In this document: piece after piece, positions 22,067-33,021 of the stretch | Layout: the number at the start of each line of letters is the position of its first letter | Position numbering within the stretch: position 1 is the stretch's first letter | UHGV virus genome: UHGV-0018629 | Source: a virus | Reading direction: 5' to 3' (one strand) | DNA length: 64,000 bases | Notes under the pieces: generated by a model | Told to the model about the DNA's origin: nothing | Databases searched by the model: none | Seen by the model: only the letters and a program-made list of their open reading frames with translations | Program-made: the position numbers and the translations under genes

Positions 22067-22927
22067 TTACACCGCCATTTTTCCTTTAATTGGCGGATGA
22101 GATACATAGTTGTTAAGAACAAAATTATGCGGCTTTGCGAATTGACTCAACCAAAATACCTGCGATTCTGTGTCCCATTCATCAAATTCATCTGGAAATT
22201 TTAATTGCAATTCACATAAATCCATAGGTTCACGGCGTAAAATTTCTTTACATTGTTCTACGTGATTCATATAGATATGAGTATTACCACCAGAAAATAT
22301 CAAATCTCCAGGAATAAGATTACACATCTTAGCTACAATATGAACTAATGCAGCATATGATGCAATATTAAATGGAAGACCGAGAAAAACATCTACCGAG
22401 CGTTGATACCACTGCAAATCTAAATATCCATTACGAACATTAAATTGATAGAACATATGACAAGGTGGTAATGCCATATATTTAAGTTCAGCTGGATTCC
22501 ATGCAGAAACAATTTGACGTCTATCATTTGGCAGTTTTTTAATACGATCAACAACTTCTATAATTTGGTCTACACCGCCAAAATCGCGCCATTGTTTTCC
22601 ATAAATTGGACCAAGTTCACCACTATGGTATCCTAAATCTTTTGCTTGATTTTCGTAATTTTCATCCCAGACTGTTTTGCCTTGAATTAATGAATCATGT
22701 TGAATTAATCGCAAATCATTGACATTTGTACTTCCCGATAAAAACCATATTAGCTCAGCAATGCAAGCTTTCCAGGCAAGCTTCTTAGTTGTTACTGCAG
22801 GAAAACCTTTAGTTAAATCCCAACGCAATTTAGTACCAAACAGAGCAATTGTTCCTGTGCCTGTTCGGTCATCGGTTTCATAGCCATTTTCAAGGATATT
22901 TTTAATTAAATCTTGGTATTGTTTCAT
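22067..22927 (-). CDS. td: Thymidylate synthase, uninterrupted (no group I intron)
   Basis: 286 aa continuous; active-site [10 protein letters not shown]. Confidence 0.93.
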   Translation of the reverse strand: MKQYQDLIKNILENGYETDDRTGTGTIALFGTKLRWDLTKGFPAVTTKKLAWKACIAELIWFLSGSTNVNDLRLIQHDSLIQGKTVWDENYENQAKDLGYHSGELGPIYGKQWRDFGGVDQIIEVVDRIKKLPNDRRQIVSAWNPAELKYMALPPCHMFYQFNVRNGYLDLQWYQRSVDVFLGLPFNIASYAALVHIVAKMCNLIPGDLIFSGGNTHIYMNHVEQCKEILRREPMDLCELQLKFPDEFDEWDTESQVFWLSQFAKPHNFVLNNYVSHPPIKGKMAV

Positions 22928-22940
22928 TTAGCACCTATAA

Positions 22941-23288
22941 TTAATATGGCTTTGCATCAAATTTTCTTCCAATTTCAGGTGTGAAATATAATTCTTTGCC
23001 GCGTTTGGAAAAGCGACCATTAATATGATAATTATTCTCATCAAACGTAATATTGCCAATATCCATAGCTTTCAACCAAGTATCGATATTTCTATCCAGC
23101 TTTATGTCAAAATTCCAATACGGAGAACTATTACCGAAAATAATACAAGCGGATTCAGTGAAACAACTACTATAAATCTTGTCTTTAGGAACTACTAATT
23201 GATAGACACCTTTAATAAATTGAGGACCCTGCCATTTTGGTTGTTTCGCGTCTTTTTCTAATAGAATAGGGTAATAATTAAAATTCAT
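22941..23288 (-). CDS. Hypothetical protein (115 aa) inserted between frd and td
   Basis: ORF track trimmed to ATG with GGTGGA Shine-Dalgarno; no recognisable nuclease motifs. Confidence 0.5.
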   Translation of the reverse strand: MNFNYYPILLEKDAKQPKWQGPQFIKGVYQLVVPKDKIYSSCFTESACIIFGNSSPYWNFDIKLDRNIDTWLKAMDIGNITFDENNYHINGRFSKRGKELYFTPEIGRKFDAKPY

Positions 23289-23308
23289 ATTTTCCACCAC
23301 GTATTATT

Positions 23309-24131
<823 letters not shown>

Positions 24132-24147
<16 letters not shown>

Positions 24148-24491
24148 TGAAAAGGGTCATGAGCATATCCGCTAGCGTCAATCATTTTAACTAAAGTTAC
24201 CATTCCTCTGTTAACTGCTTGCGCGATTTCATCAAAAACTTCGTCACTATCATCGTAAAGGTCATTAAAAAGTTCTAATACGTTCTTCTGAACTTTTAAT
24301 TTACGGCCGGCAATTTCGCCTACAGTAAATTCGTTTCCGCCAAATCCAGCGTAAAATGTAATTACACCCATTAACTGGCTTTCACGGGAATCTATATCGT
24401 GTGATAAATTAATAAAAGCCGTCCCAGGCGCGGTTTTAAGTTGGCAACGAATTTTTACTTGGGTAATTCCAGTTATATGAATGTTAGACAT
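24132..24491 (-). CDS. Hypothetical protein (119 aa)
   Basis: ORF track. Confidence 0.45.
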
Positions 24492-24501
24492 AATATTTTC
24501 C

Positions 24502-24744
24502 TCAGACAGACTTTTTCACAATTTTCCAATCAGCTTTAAACTGCTCGACGTCAGAATGGTAAATCCAAAATCCTGCACTTTCTCCATCCTCATAAAGAGG
24601 ACATCCATCACATTCATCTTCCCATCCCATATCACGTAAAAGATGTTCAGCTTTTTCAACAAGTTCAGAATCTTTACCGATGATATTAAAATACCATTTA
24701 CCTCTAACTTCTGAATCTTTGATGCTCTGACGTTGTAATCTCAT
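24502..24744 (-). CDS. Hypothetical protein (80 aa from MRLQRQ)
   Basis: AGGAG Shine-Dalgarno before internal ATG; ORF-track extension covers promoter 24770-24799. Confidence 0.5.
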   Translation of the reverse strand: MRLQRQSIKDSEVRGKWYFNIIGKDSELVEKAEHLLRDMGWEDECDGCPLYEDGESAGFWIYHSDVEQFKADWKIVKKSV

Positions 24745-24769
24745 TTTATTCTCCTTAGTTGATAAGGCT

Positions 24770-24799
24770 ATAGTATCACTACCATAGCCTGTTGTAAAC
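24770..24799 (-). promoter_or_regulatory. Early promoter (-35 GTTTAC, -10 TACTAT)
   Basis: gtaaac 24794-24799; atagta 24770-24775. Confidence 0.6.
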
Positions 24800-24801
24800 A
24801 A

Positions 24802-25062
24802 TTATTTTTGAATTTTATCGAGCCACTTACCAAGCTTAATCATTTCTTTAGTAGCCTTTTCCATACTTCTGAACTTAACCAATAGAGGATAGGTATCGAC
24901 ACCCATAACTAAACTGGTTACAAGACTGTGTTCACCCACAAGCCATAACGAATACGTTTGAATATCGAGCCCGTAATTTCTGTCTTTATGGACCCGTACA
25001 CCCATCACTTCAAATTTCTCACTAGCTTTTTCTACCGCATCCAGGAAATCATCTTTAGTCAT
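24802..25062 (-). CDS. Hypothetical protein (86 aa from MTKDDF)
   Basis: ORF track trimmed to coupled ATG. Confidence 0.4.
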   Translation of the reverse strand: MTKDDFLDAVEKASEKFEVMGVRVHKDRNYGLDIQTYSLWLVGEHSLVTSLVMGVDTYPLLVKFRSMEKATKEMIKLGKWLDKIQK

Positions 25063-25063
25063 A

Positions 25064-25450
25064 TTAGGCCTTAAATGTTTTTCGCAAAAGTTCAATGATT
25101 TCATCTACATTGTTTTCGTCAACAATGCAGTGAATTTTTGTCACGCCAGAAACTGTACCTTCATTAGCGGATTGAGGCTTTTCTAAAGTTACCTCAGTAA
25201 AGTATTTGAATTCTTCAGAGTAAATCTCAAAATACGTCTCAAGTGGGCCACCCGCCATGCATTCAGTGCCATCTTCCATAGTTACACGTACCACACATTC
25301 ACCAGCACAATCATCACTTTCCATTTCATCTACAACAAAACTAGGTCCGTGCTTCTCTATTAAATTTAGCATCATTACATTGCAACGGCACTCGTTAGCA
25401 AAGTCATTTTTAAATAAAGGGTTAATGATATAAGTTTTTCCAACTTCCAT
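25064..25450 (-). CDS. Hypothetical acidic, Cys-containing protein (128 aa)
   Basis: ORF track. Confidence 0.5.
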   Translation of the reverse strand: MEVGKTYIINPLFKNDFANECRCNVMMLNLIEKHGPSFVVDEMESDDCAGECVVRVTMEDGTECMAGGPLETYFEIYSEEFKYFTEVTLEKPQSANEGTVSGVTKIHCIVDENNVDEIIELLRKTFKA

Positions 25451-25495
25451 TTTGATTTCCTCATTTTAACGGGGCTGTAATAGCCCCCTTGATAA

Positions 25496-25726
25496 TTATT
25501 GTTCAATCAGTCCCATGTAAAATTCTGCGTCTTCAGAATCCATGCCATCGCAATATTCATTAGCCATAAAACGGGTGAGGTCTTCAAGAGGACCTTCAAT
25601 GACAATAGAAAAATTGCAATAATTAGGGTCATCGTGAATACTTGTGATACTAAGTTCAGGATAACGATTACGAATAATTTCTTCAATATATTCAAAATCA
25701 ACGATGTCAATATCAACTTTAGCCAT
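25496..25726 (-). CDS. Hypothetical acidic protein (76 aa from MAKVDIDIV)
   Basis: AAGAGGA Shine-Dalgarno before ATG at 25726; upstream extension in ORF track covers promoter/terminator. Confidence 0.55.
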   Translation of the reverse strand: MAKVDIDIVDFEYIEEIIRNRYPELSITSIHDDPNYCNFSIVIEGPLEDLTRFMANEYCDGMDSEDAEFYMGLIEQ

Positions 25727-25769
25727 ATTATTTTCCTCTTTAATCATCAGCAGTATTGCCGATAGTTGT

Positions 25770-25799
25770 ATAGTACCACAGTTTTTATAGTATGTAAAC
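25770..25799 (-). promoter_or_regulatory. Early promoter module (-35 GTTTAC, -10 TACTAT) with upstream A/T UP-like element
   Basis: Member of repeated ~90-bp module also at 42430 and 46245. Confidence 0.65.
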
Positions 25800-25820
25800 C
25801 GTTTTGTGAAAAATTTTTGA

Positions 25821-25847
25821 AATAAAAAGGGGACCTCTAAGGTCCCC
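25821..25847 (-). terminator. Intrinsic terminator after gene 32 (ggggacc-tctaa-ggtcccc plus U-run)
   Basis: Hairpin 25829-25847; A-run on plus strand. Confidence 0.65.
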
Positions 25848-25869
25848 AATTAATTAGTAATATAATCTA

Positions 25870-26778
25870 TTAAAGGTCATTCAAAAGGTCATCCAGGTCC
25901 GTGTCATCAGCACTAGATGAACTGCCAGAGCTTGAGCTCATAAAATCATCTTCAGTTTTTGTATTGAAGTCATCAACATTGAATGCATCCAAATCATCAG
26001 CAACTTTATCAGCTTTCTTAGCGGCAGTTGCTGCGGCACCACCCATCACAGCAGTTCCCATAACTTGACTGAACTTAGTGCTCAGTTCTTCAAACGATTT
26101 AAATTTATCTTTAGAAGTCATTTCAGAAAGGTCAACCATTTGTTCGAACAGTTCTTTCTGGAAAGATTCATCATCAATGTTTGGAATCGCAGATTGATTC
26201 AGGAATTTAGATTCGTCGTAGTTACTAAAACCAGAAACTTGTTTAACTTTCAGTACAAAGTTAGCACCTTCCCACGGACAAGTTACATCAACCGGAGTTT
26301 CACCCATTTCGACATCAACTGCAATCATTGCATTGATTTTATCCCAGATTTTCTTACCGAAACGATATTTAAATACTTTACCTTCATTTTCTGGAGCAGC
26401 TGGGTCTTTTACTACAAGAATGTTAGCCCAGTAAGAAGTTTTACGTTTAACAAGACCGTACTCTTTATTGTCAGTGTTGTACAAATCATTTTTACTGATG
26501 TACTGACATACTGGGCAAGAATCGTAATCACCGTGGGTAGATGAACAGTTTTCAATATACCATTTACCATTTTTCTTGAAACCGTGATTTACAAGAATTG
26601 CGAATGGTGCTTGTTCATCATTTTTAGACGGAAGAAAACGAATTACTGCTTGACCGTTACCCGCATTGTCGAGTTTCAGTTTCCACTCACCTTTATCTTC
26701 AGAAGAAAAACCACCTTTATTTCCAGCCAGTTTAGCCATTTGTGCAGCGAGTTCAGCAGTAGATTTACGTTTAAACAT
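25870..26778 (-). CDS. 32: Single-stranded DNA-binding protein gp32
   Basis: N-terminus [17 protein letters not shown] and acidic C-terminal tail recognised; about 301 aa. Confidence 0.95.
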   Translation of the reverse strand: MFKRKSTAELAAQMAKLAGNKGGFSSEDKGEWKLKLDNAGNGQAVIRFLPSKNDEQAPFAILVNHGFKKNGKWYIENCSSTHGDYDSCPVCQYISKNDLYNTDNKEYGLVKRKTSYWANILVVKDPAAPENEGKVFKYRFGKKIWDKINAMIAVDVEMGETPVDVTCPWEGANFVLKVKQVSGFSNYDESKFLNQSAIPNIDDESFQKELFEQMVDLSEMTSKDKFKSFEELSTKFSQVMGTAVMGGAAATAAKKADKVADDLDAFNVDDFNTKTEDDFMSSSSGSSSSADDTDLDDLLNDL

Positions 26779-26877
26779 TTTTATTTCCTTTTTAATTTAA
26801 TTAACAGTTGGTGCTATGACGATGTATGACCTCATAGCTGGTCAGTGAGATAATTATAATCTATTTATAATAAGCAA

Positions 26878-27531
26878 TTAATACTTACACGATTTCACAG
26901 TTTCAATGAAAACACTTTTAGCTTTCTGTGAATCAATATTTAAAATTTTTCTATAAGCCTTTAACTTTATAGAATAATTATTCCAGACTAAATTATCAGT
27001 CTGTTCATCATGTTTATCAATTATATTTAAAAACGAATCAAGCAAGATAAACGTCTCAAACGAAATTATATTCGATTGCAGAAGTTTAAAAATATAACTT
27101 GACTGAACCTTTGGATTGTATTCAAAAATTTCTTTAAAAGCAGAAACTTCAACTTTTTTACTAAAATAATAAATGTTGCGAATATCTTCTTCAAACTTAA
27201 ATTTAATTTGCTTTAAGCGTCCGATATATTCACGATAAAACACAAGTGCATCAGCGTCAGAGATGTCACCAATCCAAGCATCTTGGTTAGCAACCAAATT
27301 GCTTATAAAGATTAAAGCAAGTTCCTTTAATTTATATTTTTCTGATAACTTCTGGAAAAAATACTTATCCCTTCGCTTTTGATAAGCGGCATCAGACACC
27401 CGCATGCACCAATTATACTTAATTACATCATACTTTCCATTCATATGCTGTTTTATCATTAAGTATAATTTATAAACTGATTTACCATCAATGTATCTTT
27501 CACCACCAGCAGGCATGCGGAGTTTAATCAT
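26878..27531 (-). CDS. 59: Helicase loader gp59
   Basis: 217 aa; N-terminus MIKLRMPAGGERYIDGKSVYKLYLMIK. Confidence 0.9.
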   Translation of the reverse strand: MIKLRMPAGGERYIDGKSVYKLYLMIKQHMNGKYDVIKYNWCMRVSDAAYQKRRDKYFFQKLSEKYKLKELALIFISNLVANQDAWIGDISDADALVFYREYIGRLKQIKFKFEEDIRNIYYFSKKVEVSAFKEIFEYNPKVQSSYIFKLLQSNIISFETFILLDSFLNIIDKHDEQTDNLVWNNYSIKLKAYRKILNIDSQKAKSVFIETVKSCKY

Positions 27532-27866
27532 AGTAGAAAATCTAATGTATTAGTTTTTTCACAACGAACAACAGAAGGACGTAAAAGATTTTCGTCAATA
27601 GCTTCTGACTGAATTTTTTCAATTATACCCGAAGGAATAAATTTAGCAAATTGAGTTTCAGGAATAGAATTTTCTTCTAAGAATGCTGTTGTAGCTTCAA
27701 GATAACTCATTCCAAACTCTTCTACCATTTTTTCAATAATAAATCCATTTTCTTGACGATCAAGAAGCTTTGCAATTTCATCTTTTTCTTTCTTAATTGA
27801 AAGTTCTTTTTCTGAAAGACCGGTCTCATCGACCGGACGAATATCATTTAGAGAAAACTGTGTCAT
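27528..27866 (-). CDS. 33: Late transcription co-activator gp33
   Basis: 112 aa from MTQFSLNDIRPVDETGLSEKE; position between dsbA and 59. Confidence 0.85.
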   Translation of the reverse strand: MTQFSLNDIRPVDETGLSEKELSIKKEKDEIAKLLDRQENGFIIEKMVEEFGMSYLEATTAFLEENSIPETQFAKFIPSGIIEKIQSEAIDENLLRPSVVRCEKTNTLDFLL

Positions 27867-28113
27867 AAAGTTCAACTACCTCTTCAGTTTCAGCTTCAAA
27901 CACATCACGGTTATCTTTATGATACAAAGCTAACAGACGATTAAACATCTTGCCATCAACACCAAGTTCATCTTTGGCGCGAATTCGAATATCTTTAATC
28001 AATTCATTATAACCAGAAATTTTCAGTTTATGATCAGATGCTTCTTTAATAAATTTAGCCAAGTCTTCGCCATGAATAGCTTCATCAAATTCAACCATTT
28101 CTTTTTTAGCCAT
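27844..28113 (-). CDS. dsbA: dsDNA-binding late-transcription enhancer DsbA
   Basis: 89 aa; position and size. Confidence 0.75.
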   Translation of the reverse strand: MAKKEMVEFDEAIHGEDLAKFIKEASDHKLKISGYNELIKDIRIRAKDELGVDGKMFNRLLALYHKDNRDVFEAETEEVVELYDTVFSK

Positions 28114-28121
28114 TATTCACC

Positions 28122-29039
28122 TCAAAATTCATTAATGCTATTAGTTAATTTAGAAAGACCCGCTTTTACAAAATATGAATAAATTTTGCCACGCGGTGGT
28201 AATTTATATGAATTATAGTAATTCACGATGTTTGAAGCAATATTATCAGGAATATAATCAAAATCAATTAGAACTAGATTTTCTTTATATCGATTATATT
28301 CAGATTCAGTGAGAAGCACCTTAGCTTGCTCACGGTCATTAGCAATAGCTTCAACGATTGAAGTTTTCATTGAAGGGGTTCGTTCACCATCGACTTTGGT
28401 AAACCAAAAGTCAGATCGTACTTTAACTGAAGCAACGTTATCCTTTTTGTCGCCTTTAAGGATTTTAGTCATACAGTCAATTTCAGCAGAACCGCTTTTA
28501 ATTTTAACCCATTTCTTATGCATCGGTGACCATTGCTTAACATTTGGATATTTGTGAAGTTGAGTAAAGTCACCATCCGACGAAATGATTAAAATCTTAT
28601 GTCCTTCTAAAGAGAACTTTTTAACAAGAACAGCAATATGGTCATCTGCTTCATACTTATCGATATCCATAACAATGTATGGCATATAAGCTTTCAATTC
28701 ATCTATAACTTTATGACTGGATTCAAAATAACCTTCCCAGTCCCAAGTAGATTCTTCTCGTGCTTTTCCGCGGTTTTTCTTGTAATAATATGCGAAATCA
28801 CGGCGCCAATATCCAGATTTCGCATTATCAATACACAGCACGATTTTAGTGTATCCAAGCGTTTTTGCTTTTTTGACATTAAACTTAATTGAGTTCAATA
28901 TCAAATGACGAACCATTGATAAATTAATTTTTTCTTTATCTGGAAAGTTTACCAAAGCAGTTGAAAGCGCAATTTGACTAAAGTCAATAAAGCAAATTCC
29001 TTCTTTGTAATCTTCATCCAGCATCATTTCTAAATCCAT
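28122..29039 (-). CDS. rnh: RNase H / 5'-3' flap exonuclease
   Basis: 305 aa from MDLEMMLDEDYKEG; FEN-family acidic clusters. Confidence 0.88.
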   Translation of the reverse strand: MDLEMMLDEDYKEGICFIDFSQIALSTALVNFPDKEKINLSMVRHLILNSIKFNVKKAKTLGYTKIVLCIDNAKSGYWRRDFAYYYKKNRGKAREESTWDWEGYFESSHKVIDELKAYMPYIVMDIDKYEADDHIAVLVKKFSLEGHKILIISSDGDFTQLHKYPNVKQWSPMHKKWVKIKSGSAEIDCMTKILKGDKKDNVASVKVRSDFWFTKVDGERTPSMKTSIVEAIANDREQAKVLLTESEYNRYKENLVLIDFDYIPDNIASNIVNYYNSYKLPPRGKIYSYFVKAGLSKLTNSINEF

Positions 29040-29102
29040 ATGAACCTCGTTCAATTAGTGAGATTTCTATTATATACCATCCAAATCTTAAAGTAAACAA
29101 GT

Positions 29103-29110
29103 ATAAATAC
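29103..29110 (+). promoter_or_regulatory. Late promoter TATAAATA for gene 34
   Basis: Exact TATAAATA about 35 nt upstream of ATG. Confidence 0.7.
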
Positions 29111-29143
29111 TTATTATTGAAAACACAATAGGAGCCCGGGAGA

Positions 29144-32100
29144 ATGGCCGAGATTAAAAGAAAGTTCAGAGCGGAAGACGGTCTGGACGCAGGTGGCGAT
29201 AAAATAATCAACGTAGCTTTAGCTGATCGTACCGTAGGAACTGACGGTGTTAACGTTGATTACTTAATTCAAGAAAACACAGTTCAACAATATGATCCAA
29301 CTCGTGGATATTTAAAAGATTTTGTAATCATTTATGATAACCGCTTTTGGGCTGCTATAAATGATATTCCAAAACCAGCAGGAGCTTTTAATAGTGTACG
29401 ATGGAGAGCGTTACGTACTGATGCAAACTGGACAACTGTTTCGTCAGGACCTTATCAATTAAAATCAGGCGAATCAATTTCAGTTAACACTGCAGCGGGT
29501 AATGACATTACATTTACTTTGCCAACTTCTCCAATTGATGGAGATACTATCGTTCTTCAAGATATTGGTGGAAAACCTGGAGTTAACCAGGTTTTAATTA
29601 CAGCTCCGGTACAAAGCATTGTAAACTTCAGAGGTCAACAAGTACGCTCAGTACTAATGACTCATCCAAAATCACAGATAGTTTTAATTTTTAGTAATCG
29701 TCTGTGGCAAATGTATGTTGCTGATTATAGCAGAGAAGCGGCAGTTGTAACGCCAGCGAGTCTTTATCAAGCGCAATCAAACGATTTTATCGTGCGTAGA
29801 TTTACTTCTGCTTCAGCAATTAATATTAAACTTCCGAGATTTGCTAATCACGGGGATATCATTAATTTCGTTGATTTGGATAAATTAAATCCTCTTTATC
29901 ATACAATTGTTACTACATATGATGAAACGACTTCAGTGCAAGAAGTTGGAACTCATTCCATTGAAGGCCGTACATCTATTGATGGTTTCTTGATGTTTGA
30001 TGATAATGAGAAACTGTGGAGATTGTTTGACGGGGATAGTAAAGCCCGTTTACGTATCATAACGACTAATTCAAACATTCGTCCAAATGAAGAAGTTATG
30101 GTATTTGGTGCGAATAATGGAACAACTCAAACGATTGAACTTCAGCTTCCGACCGATATTTCCATTGGTGATACTGTTAAAATTTCCATGAATTATATGA
30201 GAAAAGGACAAACAGTTAAAATCAAAGCTGCCGGTGAAGATAAAATTGCTTCTTCAGTTCAATTGCTGCAATTCCCAAAACGTTCAGAATATCCGCCTGA
30301 AACTAAATGGGTGACTGTTCAAGAATTAGTTTTTAATGGTGAAACCAATTATGTTCCAGTTTTACAGCTTGCTTATATCGAAGATTCTGATGGAAAATAT
30401 TGGGTTGTACAGCAAAACGTTCCAACTGTAGAAAGAGTAGACTCTTTAAATAATTCTACCAGAGCAAGATTAGGCGTAATTGCTTTAGCTACACAGGCTC
30501 AAGCTAATGCAGATTTAGAAAATTCTCCACAAAAAGAATTAGCAATTACTCCAGAAACGTTAGCTAATCGTACTGCTACAGAAACTCGTAGAGGTATTGC
30601 AAGAATAGCAACAACTGCACAAGTTAACCAGGATACTACATTCTCTTTTGCAGATGACCTTATCATCACTCCTAAAAAGCTGAATGAAAGAACTGCTACA
30701 GAAACTCGCAGGGGTGTCGCTGAAATTGCTACGCAGCAGGAAACTAACACAGGTACTGATGATACTACAATCATCACTCCTAAAAAGCTTCAAGCTCGAC
30801 AAGGTTCTGAATCATTATCTGGTATTGTAACCTTTGTATCTACTGCAGGAGCTACTCCAGCTTCTAGTCGTGAATTAAATGGTACAAATGTTTATAATAA
30901 AAACACTAATAATTTAGTTGTTTCGCCTAAAGCACTGGATCAATATAAAGCTACTCCAACGCAACAAGGTGCGGTAATTTTAGCAGTTGAAAGTGAAGTA
31001 ATTGCTGGACAAAGCCAAGAAGGATGGGCAAATGCGGTTGTAACGCCAGAAACGTTACATAAAAAGACATCAACTGATGGAAGAATTGGTTTAATTGAAA
31101 TTGCTACGCAAAGTGAAGTTAATACAGGAACTGATTATACTCGTGCAGTCACTCCTAAAACTTTAAATGACCGTAAAGCAACTGAAAGTTTAAGTGGTAT
31201 AGCTGAAATTGCTACACAAGTTGAATTCGACGCAGGCGTCGACGATACTCGTATCTCTACACCATTAAAAATTAAAACCAGATTTAATAGTACTGATCGT
31301 ACTTCTGTTGTTGCTCTATCTGGATTAGTTGAATCAGGAACTCTCTGGGACCATTATACCCTTAATATTCTTGAAGCAAATGAGACACAGCGTGGTACAC
31401 TTCGTGTGGCTACACAAGTTGAAGCTGCTGCAGGAACATTAGATAATGTTCTAATAACTCCTAAAAAGCTTTTAGGTACTAAATCTACTGAAGCGCAAGA
31501 AGGCGTTATTAAAGTTGCAACTCAGGTTGAAACTGTAGCTGGAACGTCAGCAAATACTGCTGTATCTCCAAAAAATTTAAAATGGATTGTACAGAGTGAA
31601 CCTACTTGGGCAGCAACTACTTTGGTAAGAGGTTTTGTTAAAACTTCATCTGGTTCAATTACATTCGTTGGTAATGATACCGTTGGTTCAACACAGTCAT
31701 TAGAATTATACGAAAAAAATAGCTATGCAGTATCGCCATATGAATTAAACCGTGTATTAGCAAATTATTTGCCGTTAAAAGCAAAAGCTGCAGATAGTAA
31801 TTTATTAGATGGTCTAGATTCATCTCAGTTCATTCGTAGGGATATTGCGCAGACGGTTAATGGTTCACTAACCTTAACCCAACAAACGAATCTGAGTGCC
31901 CCTCTTGTATCATCTAGTACTGCTACGTTTGGTGGGTCAGTTTCAGCAAATAGTACATTAACTATTTCTAATACTGGAACAGCAACTCGATTGATTTTTG
32001 AGAAAGGACCTCAAACTGGAACAAACCCAGCTCAAACGATGACTGTTAGAGTGTGGGGAAATCAATTTAGTGGGGAATCAGACACAACACGTTCTACCGT

Positions 32101-33013
32101 ATTTGAAGTTAGTGATGAAACATCTAGTCATTTTTATTCACAGCGCAATAAAGCCGGAAATATAACATTTAATATCAACGGTACAGTAACTCCGATAAAT
32201 GTTAATGCTTCAGGAACATTGAATGCAAATGGTGCAGCAACATTTGGTAATTCAGTTACTGCAAGCGGTGAAATTATTTCTCGAAGCGCGAATGCTTTCC
32301 GTGCTATTAACGGAAATTATGGTTTCATTGTTCGCAATGACGGATCAGTAACGAATTTTATGCTTACTGCATCAGGTGATCAGACTGGTGGATTTAATGG
32401 ATTACGCCCATTAGCTATTAATAATGCATCTGGTCAAGTAACGATTGGTGAAAGCTTAATAATCGCCAAAGGTGCTACTATAAATTCAGGTGGTTTGACT
32501 GTTAACTCGAGAATTCGTTCTCAAGGTACTAAAACTTCTGATTTATATACCCGTGCGCCAACATCTGATACTGTAGGATTCTGGTCAATCGATATTAACG
32601 ATTCAGCCACTTATAACCAATTCCCAGGTTATTTTAAAATGGTTGAAAAAACTAATGAAGTGACTGGGCTTCCGTACTTAGAACGTGGCGAAGAAGTTAA
32701 ATCTCCTGGTACATTAACTCAGTTTGGTAACACACTTGATTCACTTTACCAAGATTGGATTACTTATCCAATAACTCCAGAAGCACGTACCACTCGCTGG
32801 ACGCGTACATGGCAGAAAACCAAAAACTCTTGGTCAAGTTTTGTTCAGGTATTTGATGGAGGTAACCCTCCACAACCATCTGATATTGGTGCTTTACCAT
32901 CTGATAATGCTACAATGGGGAATCTTACTATTCGTGATTTCTTACGAATTGGTAATGTTCGCATTATTCCTGACCCAGTGAATAAAACTGTTAAATTTGA
33001 ATGGGTTGAATAA
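29144..33013 (+). CDS. 34: Long tail fibre proximal subunit gp34
   Basis: 1289 aa; late promoter TATAAATA at 29103-29110; internal repeat array. Confidence 0.93.
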   Translation: MAEIKRKFRAEDGLDAGGDKIINVALADRTVGTDGVNVDYLIQENTVQQYDPTRGYLKDFVIIYDNRFWAAINDIPKPAGAFNSVRWRALRTDANWTTVSSGPYQLKSGESISVNTAAGNDITFTLPTSPIDGDTIVLQDIGGKPGVNQVLITAPVQSIVNFRGQQVRSVLMTHPKSQIVLIFSNRLWQMYVADYSREAAVVTPASLYQAQSNDFIVRRFTSASAINIKLPRFANHGDIINFVDLDKLNPLYHTIVTTYDETTSVQEVGTHSIEGRTSIDGFLMFDDNEKLWRLFDGDSKARLRIITTNSNIRPNEEVMVFGANNGTTQTIELQLPTDISIGDTVKISMNYMRKGQTVKIKAAGEDKIASSVQLLQFPKRSEYPPETKWVTVQELVFNGETNYVPVLQLAYIEDSDGKYWVVQQNVPTVERVDSLNNSTRARLGVIALATQAQANADLENSPQKELAITPETLANRTATETRRGIARIATTAQVNQDTTFSFADDLIITPKKLNERTATETRRGVAEIATQQETNTGTDDTTIITPKKLQARQGSESLSGIVTFVSTAGATPASSRELNGTNVYNKNTNNLVVSPKALDQYKATPTQQGAVILAVESEVIAGQSQEGWANAVVTPETLHKKTSTDGRIGLIEIATQSEVNTGTDYTRAVTPKTLNDRKATESLSGIAEIATQVEFDAGVDDTRISTPLKIKTRFNSTDRTSVVALSGLVESGTLWDHYTLNILEANETQRGTLRVATQVEAAAGTLDNVLITPKKLLGTKSTEAQEGVIKVATQVETVAGTSANTAVSPKNLKWIVQSEPTWAATTLVRGFVKTSSGSITFVGNDTVGSTQSLELYEKNSYAVSPYELNRVLANYLPLKAKAADSNLLDGLDSSQFIRRDIAQTVNGSLTLTQQTNLSAPLVSSSTATFGGSVSANSTLTISNTGTATRLIFEKGPQTGTNPAQTMTVRVWGNQFSGESDTTRSTVFEVSDETSSHFYSQRNKAGNITFNINGTVTPINVNASGTLNANGAATFGNSVTASGEIISRSANAFRAINGNYGFIVRNDGSVTNFMLTASGDQTGGFNGLRPLAINNASGQVTIGESLIIAKGATINSGGLTVNSRIRSQGTKTSDLYTRAPTSDTVGFWSIDINDSATYNQFPGYFKMVEKTNEVTGLPYLERGEEVKSPGTLTQFGNTLDSLYQDWITYPITPEARTTRWTRTWQKTKNSWSSFVQVFDGGNPPQPSDIGALPSDNATMGNLTIRDFLRIGNVRIIPDPVNKTVKFEWVE
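30530..31590 (+). repeat. In-frame array of ~35-40-aa repeats within gene 34 (motif TPK(K)L..ATE..G...IAT..E.N.G.D.T.I), with DNA-level direct repeats
   Basis: Repeated peptide motif at least 7 times; DNA repeats such as atcatcactcctaaaaagct at 30662 and 30772 and actgctacagaaactcg at 30572 and 30692. Confidence 0.7.
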
Positions 33014-33021
33014 GAGGTATT

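Noticed and set aside
18030-22927. Search for group I introns or embedded homing endonuclease ORFs in nrdB and td
   Set aside because: Both genes are continuous full-length ORFs; no interruption or internal free-standing ORF seen.
25727-25849. N-terminal extension of ORF 25496-25849 in the ORF track
   Set aside because: The extension runs through the early promoter and the gp32 terminator hairpin; a proper Shine-Dalgarno precedes the internal ATG at 25726.
30499-30802. Two minus-strand ORFs (92 and 80 aa) inside gene 34
   Set aside because: Antisense to a long, well-supported structural gene and lying in its repeat region; Cys/Ser-rich translation is typical of antisense repeat artefacts.
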